From NCBI GenBank assembly GCA_964202905.1, contig CAXNJO010000003.1:192001-256000 (forward strand): a stretch of 64,000 bases of DNA. The letters are read 5' to 3'. Each line of letters starts with the position of its first letter. The stretch's first letter is position 1. Of the stretch, positions 29,847-45,866 are shown in pieces. The notes beneath the pieces were generated by a model. That model saw only the letters and a list, made by a program, of their open reading frames with translations, searched no databases and was not told where the DNA came from. A program made the translations under genes and the position numbers. Source of the stretch: Polyangiales bacterium. GTDB taxonomy: Bacteria > Myxococcota_A > Polyangia > Polyangiales > JADJQN01.

Positions 29847-31448
29847 TCAGAGCCGCAACACCCGCACTGCGCGGCCGTTCGCGGTGGTGTGCGCCTCTTC
29901 GCGCACGCGCTCCTCGAGCGGTGGCGCATCGCTGCGCCGGTCGAAGAGCACGAGGACGCCCGCATCGAGGCCGACCCGCGCGAGGTATTCGTCGAGCTGC
30001 ACGAGCCCCTCGGCGAGCGGGTCTTTGCGCTTGTCGCGCCACACCTTCATCTCGATCGCTTCGCGCTGGAGCTGCTGTTTGCCAGCGGCGTCGGAATACG
30101 GCCATTCGATGAGCAGATCGATGCGGCGGCGGCCAATGCCGTATTCGCGCGACACCACCCCACCACCGTTCACGACGCGTTGCAAATACGCCATCAACAC
30201 GAGTTGCGCGCCGGATTCGGCGTACGTCGCGCCCTCGGTCATCGACTCGCCCTGCTCGAGCCAGAAGGCCGCGAACTCACGCAGCAGAACATCGATGTCG
30301 AAGCGCCCATCCGCGCGCACGAAGCGGCGCGGGTCGGCGGTCACGCTGCTCTGCGCCGACGCCGAGAGCACGCGCGCGATCACCTCGCGGTAGATGTCGT
30401 TCGCGACGCGCAGCGGGGGATTCTTCACGAGCCCGAGGTCGACGACGTAGGAGACATCGTCGTTGAACACCGGGTCGACCGGCGCGAGCTCGCCGGCGAG
30501 CAGCGGCCCGATCACGCGCCGCACGCGCGGCTCGGCGAGTTTGCTCGCGAGCGAGTCGAGGTGCGTCGCGCGGGCGAGGATCAAGCGCTCCTTCGCCGTC
30601 TCGACGTGCGCCCGCTCGATGGGGCCGGTGACGCGCATCTTCGACACGATCTCCCAGGCCAGCGCGTTCACGAGCCACGGCTGGCCACCGGCGAGCTCGG
30701 AGAGACGCGAGAGCGCATCGTCCGAAAGCTCCTGCCCGGTGGCCTCAGTGTGCTGCGCGACGAGCGCACGGACCTCGGCGTCGCTGAACGTTCCGAGCGT
30801 GAGCGACTCGAGCTTCACGTTGAAGGGGCTCGCGGTGCCGAGCCGGTTCGCGTCGCCGCCGCTCGCGAGCTTGTAGTCCCGCACATCGCGCAGGCCGCAC
30901 AGCATCACGGACCAAGGCGCATGGCCCGGCCGCTTCGGGAAGCCCGCGCGGAGCTGCCGCAGCACCGCGATGAGGCTCTGACCGCGCAGCGCGTCGATCT
31001 CGTCGAGCAGCAGCACCACGCGCCGCGGGCAGCGGGCGCACCACGCTGCCAGCACATCGGTGAGCAGCGTCGCCGAGTCGAGCGCGTCGGGGAGCGGACC
31101 GGGACGCAGCGACGCGGGCAGCTGCAGCGCCGCCTCCTCGGCGAGGACGCGCACCAGCGTCTCCTGCGCCGCCACGGTGTCGTCCCCCGCGGCCTCCGCC
31201 GCCTCACAGCTCATGTAGAGCGCGGCGTAGTCCTCGCCTACGGAGAGCGACTTCGCGAAGGCCCGCAGGAACGTCGTCTTCCCCGACTGCCGCGGCGCAT
31301 GGAGGACGAAGTAGCCCCCCATGGCCACGATCCCCGGCGCCTCGGGCACGCGCGGGAGCGGCGGCACCATGTAGTGCTGATGCTCCTCGCACGGCCCCGT
31401 CGTGTTGAAGTACTTCGGGATCGGCGGATAGACGCGCTTCTCGGCCAT
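29847..31448 (-). CDS. AAA-like ATPase with C-terminal PD-(D/E)XK nuclease-like domain
   Basis: FNTTGPC, HAPRQSGKTT (Walker A), LLLDEID (Walker B), SPFNVK, GGQPWL, REY...RIDLL...AIEMK. Confidence 0.85.
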   Translation of the reverse strand: MAEKRVYPPIPKYFNTTGPCEEHQHYMVPPLPRVPEAPGIVAMGGYFVLHAPRQSGKTTFLRAFAKSLSVGEDYAALYMSCEAAEAAGDDTVAAQETLVRVLAEEAALQLPASLRPGPLPDALDSATLLTDVLAAWCARCPRRVVLLLDEIDALRGQSLIAVLRQLRAGFPKRPGHAPWSVMLCGLRDVRDYKLASGGDANRLGTASPFNVKLESLTLGTFSDAEVRALVAQHTEATGQELSDDALSRLSELAGGQPWLVNALAWEIVSKMRVTGPIERAHVETAKERLILARATHLDSLASKLAEPRVRRVIGPLLAGELAPVDPVFNDDVSYVVDLGLVKNPPLRVANDIYREVIARVLSASAQSSVTADPRRFVRADGRFDIDVLLREFAAFWLEQGESMTEGATYAESGAQLVLMAYLQRVVNGGGVVSREYGIGRRRIDLLIEWPYSDAAGKQQLQREAIEMKVWRDKRKDPLAEGLVQLDEYLARVGLDAGVLVLFDRRSDAPPLEERVREEAHTTANGRAVRVLRL

Positions 31449-31641
31449 GACCGCGCGCAGCGTATCACCGCGGAGCGCGAGGTGCCGAGCGACCGGAGGG
31501 AAGGCTTTGCGGCACTGCCAGCGCACACGCCAGTCCGATACGCGCAATGGTCGCACGAGGTGTCGCGCGCCGCTTGCAGGACCACTCCGACATATCGATT
31601 CATCGGAGTGGCCCACCCATCATTCAATTCCTAGAGACGTG

Positions 31642-34142
31642 TCAGTCACCCACATAGAGCCTGAATCCGTAGCCTTCGAGCGTTGGATTGTCGGTGGTCA
31701 CCGTGCAACTGAAGCGACCGGAACTGAGTTCGTTGTAGCCCGTCAGATAGGGCTTATACGACTGACCTGCGCCGGACATGTGCCACACTCCATCAAATGC
31801 GGGGCAGGCGGGCGCATTCTTGTCTGTAATCGTGGACGCGCCTCCAAACAAGAAGTCGTTTTCCAACCCCGGGGACTTGGTGATTGGGAATCCTCCCTCC
31901 GAAAAGGTCGTGACCACATACGAAGAAGAGGATCCAGACAACCCAGCCAATCGCCCGAACGTATACGTGAGCGTATCGGACGCATATGCTGTCAGCACGG
32001 GATTCCCCGTGGAGTAGCTCGTGAGCGTCAGCGTTCCATCTCGACTCGACCGACACACCGTGTCGTAGCCATCGCGATGCACCCAGCACATCCGCAGATG
32101 CCGTTGCCCGGCATCACTGCGGAGCGCTGCGACGAAGGCGAGCCCGACCGCTGAAGAGCCCGTTCCGGTCGCGTCCTGCTGCACGCTCGTCGTCATGCGG
32201 GACCATGTGCCACTCCCCGTCTGCTGCCATCCCGTACGCACAAAGTCGGGGTCATTGGGAGCGTCGTCATTCGCGGAGTCGAACACATTCGCTACGAGCG
32301 TCCAGCCGCCCCCTGCCGTCGTCATGTCGCAGTACATCGACACCGTCGGCACAGGCCCAGAGCCGTCCGGGTCGATCAAATAGATCCCGCTCGGCGAACC
32401 GGGAGACATCGCAAGTTTGTCGCGGCACGAGCGTACAGCTTCACTCACACACACCGCGCTGCACCCATCGCCGCTCATCATATTCCCGTCATCACACGTC
32501 TCGCCGCTGCCGATGATGCCGTCGCCGCAGCGCACGGCGCAGACACCGGTGTTGCAGCTCTGGCCACTTGCGCAGGGGATGCTCGTGAAGCCGAGTCCGT
32601 CGGCGGTGCAGGCCTGGCGGGCGGTGGCGAGGCCCGGGGTGCAGAGCGCGGTTGCGGCGCCCGGGGAGCACTCGCGCGGGGTGCAGGTGCCGGCGCCCGT
32701 GCAGGCGTAGCCGTCCGGGTCGGGGCCGGTGCAGGCGACGGACGAGGCGCCGAGGCCGTCGGCGTTGCAGAGCGCGCGGGTGTTGACGTCCGTGCAGCTG
32801 TAGGTGCCCGGCGTGCAGGTCCACGGCGCGCAGACGCCCGCGGTGCAGGTCTCGCGCGAGGCGCAGGCCGTCGCGGTGCGGGCGAGTCCGTCGGCGTTGC
32901 AGACGCTGCGCGTCGAGGCGGAGTCGCACGACGCGGTGCCCGGCGTGCAGATCCACGCGCCGCAGCGCCCCGTGCCCGGGCGTGCAGCTCTGGCCCGAGG
33001 GGCAGCTCGTCGTCGCGGTGTAGTCGAGGCCCGTCGGCAGGCACTCGCGCGTCGACGACGCGCTCACGCACTGCGCGACGCCGGGCGAGCAGATGCGCAG
33101 TCCGCACGCGCCGGTCGACGGATTGCAGCTCTGCGTGTCGGCGCAGGGCGAGGACGTCCACGCGAGGCCGTCCGCGGCGCAGACCTCGCGCGCGGTGAGG
33201 CTGCCCATCACGCAGCGGCCCGTGCCCGGCGTGCAGATGCGATCGAGGCAGGCGCCGCCGCTGCACGACTGCGCGGGGCCGCACGGCGTCGCGGTGTAAG
33301 CCGCGCCGCGCGCGTCGCACTCCTCGCGCGCGCCCCCGGCCGAGCAGCGCAGGCTGCCCGGGACGCAGGCCTGCGCCATGCACGTGCCCGCCGCGCAGTA
33401 GCGCCCGGCGCCGCAGGGCGTCTCGGTGCGCATCGTGCCCGTCGCGTCGCAGGAGAAGGCCACGAAATCACCCGTACAGCCCATCTCGCCGGCCGTGCAC
33501 ACCACCGCTGCACACGATGCCGAAGTGCCACTCACGACGCAGCGTGAATCCGTCGCGCACGACTCCATCGCTTCCATCGTGCCGTCGGCGTTGCAGCGCA
33601 GGACGGTGCGGTTGTCGGCGCTGCACGCCTCTTCGCCCGCGTCGCAGACGATCGGGTCGATCGAGACGCACTCGAAGCGCACGCACTCGAATCCACCGCT
33701 GCAATCGCTCGTCGTCTCGCACTCGCGCGCGGCGCACGCGCCCGTGTCCATGCGGCAGAACTCGTCGGCGTCGCAGGCGGCGTCTTCGCGGCAATAGAAC
33801 GCGCATGCGTTCGCCGTGCACTGCTCGTTGCGGCCGCAGTCGGCGTCCGCGCTGCATTGCACGCAGTAGTCGAGCGTCGCGTCGCACACGCCGAGCGGCG
33901 CCGTGCAGTCGCCGTCGCTCGCGCAGGTCGTGCGGCAGAAGCTGTCGCGGCACACCTCGCCACCGCCGCAGTCGCGGTTGCTGTCACAACGGTCCATCGA
34001 GAGCGCCGCATCGCGGCCGGCGTCGACGACACCCGCGTCGGGCGTCATCGCGGGCGCATCGTCACCGCACGCGGTGACGAGCGCGAGCAGAGCCGCAATT
34101 ACCCCCCCCCCCAAATCGCGAACTTACAAGGCTTTTTGGCAT
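31642..34142 (-). CDS. Large Cys-rich lipoprotein adhesin with CGDG...CDDGN repeat and fibrinogen-like C-terminal domain; frameshifts near 34105 and 32980
   Basis: Lipobox VTAC; C.PG...C..DG repeats; CGDGIIGSGETCDDGNMMSGDGCS; SC...PSGIYLIDPDG...YCDMTTAGGGWTLV. Confidence 0.75.
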
Positions 34143-34409
34143 CGCGCGCATCTCGGACTCCCGCTTTCGTGAACGCGCCGCAGGGCGGGCGCGTGGCATC
34201 GGCGCCGATGGTGACGTAGGGCGGCGCGGGGATGCAAGGGGTGCGTTCACCTTGGCGTTCTAAAGGAAACCGTGTTCGTGGCGCGCGCATGGCTGTCGCG
34301 GCGGAGCGGGCCGGGCCACTTGGCCATCCCCGCGACCGTTTGCCGTGCGTCATGCCCTGGGGAGCGCTTTCGCGGAACGCGCTACGCCAATGACGTAGCC
34401 TCTCTCGTC

Positions 34410-34692
34410 GTGTTTCGCGTCGGACGAGGCGAAGAGCCGCGCGAACCAGAAGAAGCATGGCCTCTCCTTCGGGGACGCCCGCGCGCTCTTCGAGACCGAC
34501 GACCATCTCGAGATCTTCGACCGCGATCATTCAGACAGCGAGGACCGCTTCCTCTCCAGCGGCCGCATCCGGGCCGGGATCATCACGGTCGTCTGGACGG
34601 AGCGCGACGAAGACGTCATTCGAATCATCGGCGCGCGTCGCGCCACAAAGCGCGAAGCCGCCCCATTTCTGCAGCACATGGAGAAGCGATGA
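34410..34692 (+). CDS. BrnT-family (DUF497) toxin, no in-frame start as sequenced
   Basis: Manual translation FASDEAKSRANQKKHGLSFGDA...HSDSEDRF...VVWTER...IRIIGARRATKRE; missed by the ORF track. Confidence 0.8.
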
Positions 34693-34979
34693 AGGACATC
34701 CCCGAGCTCACGGACGAACAACTCGCCTCCGCCATCCCCGCGCGGGTCCGCCGACGCCTCGTCGCCGGTCAGGTCGAGTCGGGCACGGACATCGTCGCGC
34801 TCCGCCGCTTCGTGGGGCTCACGCAGACGCAGTTCGCGGCGGCACTCGGCATCTCCGTCGCCACCCTGGGCAACTGGGAACAGGGCCGTCGCCATCCCGA
34901 AGGCCCGGCCCTCGCCCTGCTCCGCATCGCGGCGCGTCACCCACGCATCATCCGCGAGAACGCGCGCAACGCGGCGTGA
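34689..34979 (+). CDS. XRE-type helix-turn-helix antitoxin
   Basis: LRRFVGLTQTQFAAALGISVATLGNWEQGRRHPEGPALALL; ATGA overlap with the toxin stop. Confidence 0.85.
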   Translation: MKDIPELTDEQLASAIPARVRRRLVAGQVESGTDIVALRRFVGLTQTQFAAALGISVATLGNWEQGRRHPEGPALALLRIAARHPRIIRENARNAA

Positions 34980-35039
34980 GGGGGATGGGACACGAATGTG
35001 GGTCGGCGAGCGCGCGAATGCCGAATACCGAGCTTCGCC

Positions 35040-37626
35040 TCACCGTCCGCCGCGCTCACGCGGTGCGGGCGGCGCGGCGGTGCGCGGGTCTTCGGGCCAG
35101 GACTGGCGCGGATAGCGGCGCATGAGCTCTTTGCGGATGGCGGGATAGTGGCGAATCCAGAAGCCCGCGAGATCGGTGGTGACCTGCACGGCGCGTTGGT
35201 TGGGCGCGAGCAGGTGGAGGACGAGCGGGACGCGGCCGTCGAGCAGCTTCGGGCCCTCGCCGAGGCCGAAGAAATCCTGCAAGCGGGACGCGACGTACGG
35301 GCGGTTTGCCGGGCTCGTAGTGGATGGCCGTGCGGCGACCGCCGGGGAGCGTCACCTGCGCGGGGGCGAGGCGCTCGAGGCGCGCGCGATCCGCGGACGG
35401 TAGTCGCGCAGCGAGCGACGAAAGGAGGTCGGCATCGCGCAGCTCCGCGAAGCTCGTGCGGCCCTCGCACGCCTCGCGCAGCACTGCGATGAGCGCCGCA
35501 TCGTCGAGCGGCGGGAAGTCGGGGAGGTGCGACGCGACGAAGCCCGCGCGGCCGCGCAGTGCGGCGAGCGCGTCCACATCGACGAAGCGCGCGACGCCCG
35601 CGGCGAGCGCCGCCTCCGCGAGACAGCGCGCGACCTCGGGTGTGCGCACGTTGCCGCGGCGCGACTCGTCGAGCGCGATGGCGCCGTAGGCGAGGCCGAC
35701 GAGGGCTTCGACGCGCTCGTTCTTCGCGTCGAAGCGCGCCTCCGAGAGATCGCGGACGCGCTCGGGGAAGAGCTCGAGCACCCAGTCGGGCTCGACGCGG
35801 CTCGCCATGCGCACACGCGTGCGGCCGCGCTGCACATCGGCGTCACACGCGACGAGGAACGCGGCCTCGCGCACGCCGCATGCGTCGTCGATCGTGGCCG
35901 AGCCGCCGTCCGCGAAGACGACGTCGGCGGAGGTCGGCGCGACACGGCGCGCGACGCGATCCGGAAACGCCGCGAGCGTCGCGACGAGCAGCGCCTCTTC
36001 GTCGTCTTCGAGCGCGCGCGTCGGCTCGCGCGAACAACCGATCAGGCGGGCGAGTTGATCGCGGGCGCGCAGCGCAGCGAGCGCGGGCTGCGCGTCGAGC
36101 TCGTGCGCGCGCAGCCGTGACGGCGATGCGCCGAGCGCTTCGACCGCCTCGAGATCCGCGACGCGCGCGAGCAGATCGGAGTCGACCGTCTCGCGCGCTT
36201 CCTTGTTTGAATGGGACTTCGGGCCCCCTGCGGGCCCACCGAGCGAGGCGCGCGACGCGAGCCGCACGTCGCGCTCCGAGAGCAGCGCCGCCGCGAGACA
36301 GCCGCGTGCGCCCGCCCCGCGCGCGTGCGCCTCGAGCGCGAGCCGCGCCGCGCGTGGATGCACGGGGAGACGCGACATCAGCCGACCGAGAGGCGTGATC
36401 ACACCATCTTCGGAGATGGCACCAAGTCGTGCGAGCAGCCCGTCGGCCGCGTCGAGCGCGGCCGGCAGCGGCGCTTCGAGCCAGGGAAAATTCGCGAGAT
36501 CGCGCTCGCCGAGCGCGTGCAGCGAGAGCGCTGTTTCTGCGAGATCGAGGCGACGGATCTCGGGCGCCTCGTGGAGCGGCCGCGCATCGTGATCGGCGCG
36601 CGTGTAGAGCCGCACGCACACGCCCGGCCGCAAGCGCCCCGCACGGCCCGCGCGCTGCGCCGCCGCGGCCTGCGCGACCTTGCGCGTCTCGAGGCGCGAC
36701 ACGCCGCTCCACGGGGAGTGCGACGCGACGCGCGCGAGCCCCGCGTCGACGACGGCGACGACGCCTTCGATGGTGACGCTGCTCTCGGCGACGTTCGTCG
36801 AGAGGATCACCTTGCGCCGTGGGCCCGGACGCACGGCGCGATCCTGCGCGTCGGGCGGCAGATCGCCATGCAGCGGCACGAGCTCGAGGCCCTGCGCGCC
36901 CGCGAACTCCGCGAGCGCGTCGCCCGCGCGGCGGATCTCGGCCGCGCCCGGCAGAAAGACGAGCACATCGCCCATGAGCGCGGGCTCAGACTGCGCGCGC
37001 AACACGAGCCGCCGCACGGCCGCTGCGACTTGCTGCTCGAGCGGGCGGTCCTCGGTGCGCTCCGCGTGCTCGAGGGCGACGGGGAACACGCGCCCCTCGA
37101 CGCGGAGCAGCCGCGCATCGAGGAAGCCCGCGACGCGCTCGGCGTCGAGCGTCGCGCTCATCGCGATGAGCCGCAGATCCGGGCGCTTCCCCGTGCGCTG
37201 CAAGCGACGCAGCAGCGCGAGCGCGACGTCCGCGTGCAGGTGCCGCTCGTGCAGCTCGTCGAGCACCACGACGCTGACATCACGCAAGATGGGGTCGTTG
37301 ACGAGCCGCCGCGCGAGGATGCCCTCGGTGACGAAGCGCAGCCGCGTGCGCGCGCTCGCGACCTCTTCGAAGCGCACCTGAAAGCCCACGCGCCCGCCCG
37401 GCGCCTCACCGAGCTCTTCGGCCACGCGCCGCGCGGCCATGCGCGTCGGCAGGCGGCGCGGCTCGAGCACGACGATCTCACCGCCCTGCGCGAACCCCGC
37501 GTCGAGCAGCGCGCGGGGGACGCGCGTCGTCTTCCCCGCGCCGGGCTCGGCGACGAGCACGACGTTGCCCGCGCGCACCGCGGCGACGATCTCCGGGATG
37601 CGCGCGTCGATCGGGAGCGGCTGCAC
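35040..37626 (-). CDS. hrpB: ATP-dependent helicase HrpB, frameshift near 35300
   Basis: [40 protein letters not shown]; the C-terminus LQDFFG...LLAPNQR.VQVT.DL..FW...RRYPR is in the next frame. Confidence 0.92.
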
Positions 37627-37644
37627 GCGCGTCGCCGCCCGCGT

Positions 37645-39321
<1,677 letters not shown>

Positions 39322-39543
39322 GGGCCGAGGCTTCTGCCACAAGCGGCCGCGCGTTTCTAGGGGTGGGGCAAGCGCGCGGGGCCCGTCGGCCGTGGCGGAT
39401 TGGGGCGTGGCGGCGCGCGGGCCCGTGCATAGATTCGTTGGCGCGGGACTTGAAGCCGCGGCAGGACGCCCTAACCTCGTCGTCGCAATCGAGGGCTGCG
39501 TCGAATCGGCGCGATCGCGCTGCGCAGCCCATTGAAGGAGAGA

Positions 39544-41097
39544 ATGTCGATGAATCGCTCTTATCTCAGTGGAATGTCTCTCACGAAGCGGATGATCACC
39601 GCCTCGCTCCTCGCAGGCGCGGGCCTCCTCGGCGCCTGCGGCGACGACGACGACACCCCGCCCCCCCCGCCCCCGGTCGACGGCGGCACGGACCTCGGCG
39701 GTGACGTCGATGGCGGCGGTGATGTCGATGGCGGCGGCGGCGGCGACACCGCGCAGATCCGCATCGTCCACGCCTCGCCGAACACGCCGGGCGTCGACAT
39801 CTACGCGGGCGACGCGACGACTCCGGCCGTCGACAACCTCACCTACCAGAACGTCACCGACTACGTGACGCTCCCGGCCGGCACGTACACGTTCAAGATC
39901 CGCGCGGATGGTACGGCGCCGACGAGCGATCCGGCGCTCACCGTCGCGGACTTCGTGCTCGCCGCGGGCGACAAGTACACGCTCGTCGCGGCCGGCTCGC
40001 TGACCTCGACGGACGCCGCGGACCGCCTCCGCGTCCTCCCGCTCAAGGAGGGCTTCGGCGCGCTCGCCATGGGCCAGGGCCGCGTCCGCATGGTGCACGC
40101 CGGCTTCAACGCGCCGACCGTCGGCGTGGACGTCGGCAACGACGGCACCGTCGAGATCGCCGCCATCGAGCGCTTCGCGGACACCGGTGCCGAGGGCGTC
40201 GCGCTCCCGGTCGGCGCCGCGCAGGTCGGCGTCGTGACGACGGGCGCTTCGCCCACCACGATCTCCTCGTTCAGCGCGGGCGTCGCGCCGACGGAGATCT
40301 TCGTCATCGCGACGGGTGACGCGACCGCGCACCCGAGCAGCGACAAGGCCTTCGGCCTGCTCGCCGTGACCCCCGCTGGCTTCCTCAGCTTCATCAAGCA
40401 GAACCCGCGCGTCTACGCGCTCCACGGCGGCCCGGACGCGCCGGCCGTCGACATCTTCGCGGGCGCGGCCGAGCTCGTGGGCGCCATCTCGTACGGCGAG
40501 CTCGCGGGCCCGCTCCAGGTGCCGCCCGGCGACTACACGCTCGACTTCTTCGCGGCCGCCCCCGGCACCGCGCGCCCCTCGGGCATGCCCGCCGCGTCGG
40601 ACACCGTCGCGGGCCTCGCGGCCGGCAACGTGTACCTCGCCATGGCGAACGGCTTCCTCGCGCCGGCGGCCGGTGAGCCCGCCTTCGAAGTCCTCGCGCT
40701 CGTGGACGGCTTCGACCGCACCGACAGCGCCAACGTCCGCCTCCGCGTCGTGCACGGCTCGCCCTCGGCCCCGGCCGTGACGGTCGGCGCCGTGACCGGC
40801 ACCGCAATCACCACGACGCTCGCGTCGAACGTCACCTACGGCGCGTCGACGGACGCCGCGGGCGCCTCGCTGCCGCCTGCGTCCTACACCGTCGGCTTCG
40901 CGGCCGGCATGACGACGACGCCCGTGCTCGCGCGCTTCACCGCGCCGCTCACGACGGCGAATACCCGCTTCTTCGCCATCGCGCACGGGAACTTCCCCGC
41001 TGCGACCATGACCCGTCAGGGCTTCGGCGTCTGGGCGATCGACGCGTCGAATCCCGGCGCTTGGGCGGCCATCTCGCTCCCGGTTCCTGGTCTGTGA
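39544..41097 (+). CDS. Lipoprotein with four DUF4397-like domains
   Basis: Lipobox LGAC; repeated [41 protein letters not shown]. Confidence 0.85.
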   Translation: MSMNRSYLSGMSLTKRMITASLLAGAGLLGACGDDDDTPPPPPPVDGGTDLGGDVDGGGDVDGGGGGDTAQIRIVHASPNTPGVDIYAGDATTPAVDNLTYQNVTDYVTLPAGTYTFKIRADGTAPTSDPALTVADFVLAAGDKYTLVAAGSLTSTDAADRLRVLPLKEGFGALAMGQGRVRMVHAGFNAPTVGVDVGNDGTVEIAAIERFADTGAEGVALPVGAAQVGVVTTGASPTTISSFSAGVAPTEIFVIATGDATAHPSSDKAFGLLAVTPAGFLSFIKQNPRVYALHGGPDAPAVDIFAGAAELVGAISYGELAGPLQVPPGDYTLDFFAAAPGTARPSGMPAASDTVAGLAAGNVYLAMANGFLAPAAGEPAFEVLALVDGFDRTDSANVRLRVVHGSPSAPAVTVGAVTGTAITTTLASNVTYGASTDAAGASLPPASYTVGFAAGMTTTPVLARFTAPLTTANTRFFAIAHGNFPAATMTRQGFGVWAIDASNPGAWAAISLPVPGL

Positions 41098-41125
41098 GTA
41101 ACGCGTCTCCCACACGGGAGGCGTA

Positions 41126-41246
41126 ACCGACACGACGACGCCCGCTGCGGGAGACCGCGGCGGGCGTTTTCGCGTGTCGCGCTCCGGTGCCCGCGCCGCG
41201 ACGATGACCGACACGACGACGCCCGCTGCGGGAGACCGCGGCGGGC
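41126..41246 (+). repeat. Two identical 40-bp REP-like hairpin repeats
   Basis: ACCGACACGACGACGCCCGCTGCGGGAGACCGCGGCGGGC at 41126-41165 and 41207-41246. Confidence 0.85.
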
Positions 41247-41311
41247 ATCTTCGTTTTTGCCAGAAATCGCGGCCGATTCGTAGCTCGAGGACGCGCGGAC
41301 TGAACCGCGAT

Positions 41312-45039
<3,728 letters not shown>

Positions 45040-45119
45040 CGCGGACCTCGGGTGGCGCGCGGCGGGATGCCGCGTGCGGCCGCGTCCAGGCGACTCGGCC
45101 GCAGGCGCGGCTATGTCAC

Positions 45120-45866
45120 TCAGCCGCAGGCGCCGCTAGTGCACATCGTGATGAAGTCGCACGCGGGTCCGGTGCCGCAGGTGCACACGCGGGCGGTGCA
45201 GCCGTCCGCTTGAGGCGTGCACTGCGCGCCACACGCGCCGCAGTTCGCGAAGTCGGTGTTCAGATCGACGCAGCCGGTGCCGCAGCACGTCTGGCCGGGG
45301 CCGCACGGCTCGAGTCCCGGCGCGGTCGAACAATCACACACGCCCTCGGGCGTGCAGACGTCCGCGCGATCGCGGCTCGCGCCGAGGCTCGCGCAGCCCT
45401 CGCAGCAGGCCGCGCTCTCGTCGATGCGACCGTTGCAGTCGTTGTCGCGTCCGTCGCACAACTCCGGCGCACCGGGCAGCGTGCCGAAGACGGGGCGCAC
45501 ATCCGCGCGCGCGTCGTCGCAGTCGCAGCGGGTGAGGTCGTCGCCGGTGCGGCAGGCGTTGATGCCGTCCATGTCCGTGTCGCCGCAGGGCGTCTCGCGA
45601 CCGTCGCAGTTCTGATCGATGCGGTCGCCGCAGATCTCGATCTGCGGGACGCAGGCCCCGCCGCCGTCGACGCCGAGATCGACGGGCGGCGGCGGCGCGC
45701 CATCGGGAAGCGGTCCAAAGTCGGTGGACGGAACACCACCCCCATCACCGCGGATGGTCCCTCCGTCGTCGTCATCCCCACAAGCCGCGAGCGCCCCGAC
45801 GAGCGCGACGCACGCGAACGCGAGTCGAATCCACGAGGTAGCGAGGACCGAAGAAACCGCGCGCAT
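45120..45866 (-). CDS. Cys-rich lipoprotein (MopE-like DNDCNG motif and Stig1-like tail)
   Basis: Lipobox [37 protein letters not shown]. Confidence 0.75.
   Translation of the reverse strand: MRAVSSVLATSWIRLAFACVALVGALAACGDDDDGGTIRGDGGGVPSTDFGPLPDGAPPPPVDLGVDGGGACVPQIEICGDRIDQNCDGRETPCGDTDMDGINACRTGDDLTRCDCDDARADVRPVFGTLPGAPELCDGRDNDCNGRIDESAACCEGCASLGASRDRADVCTPEGVCDCSTAPGLEPCGPGQTCCGTGCVDLNTDFANCGACGAQCTPQADGCTARVCTCGTGPACDFITMCTSGACG

Noticed and set aside
31642..32535. Diversity-generating retroelement target
   Set aside because: No reverse transcriptase and no template/variable repeat pair seen in the window.
41016..41311. C-terminal extension of MetH through the REP-like repeats
   Set aside because: Homology ends at [10 protein letters not shown]; the read-through overlaps the convergent gene and probably reflects another indel before the TGA at 41312-41314.
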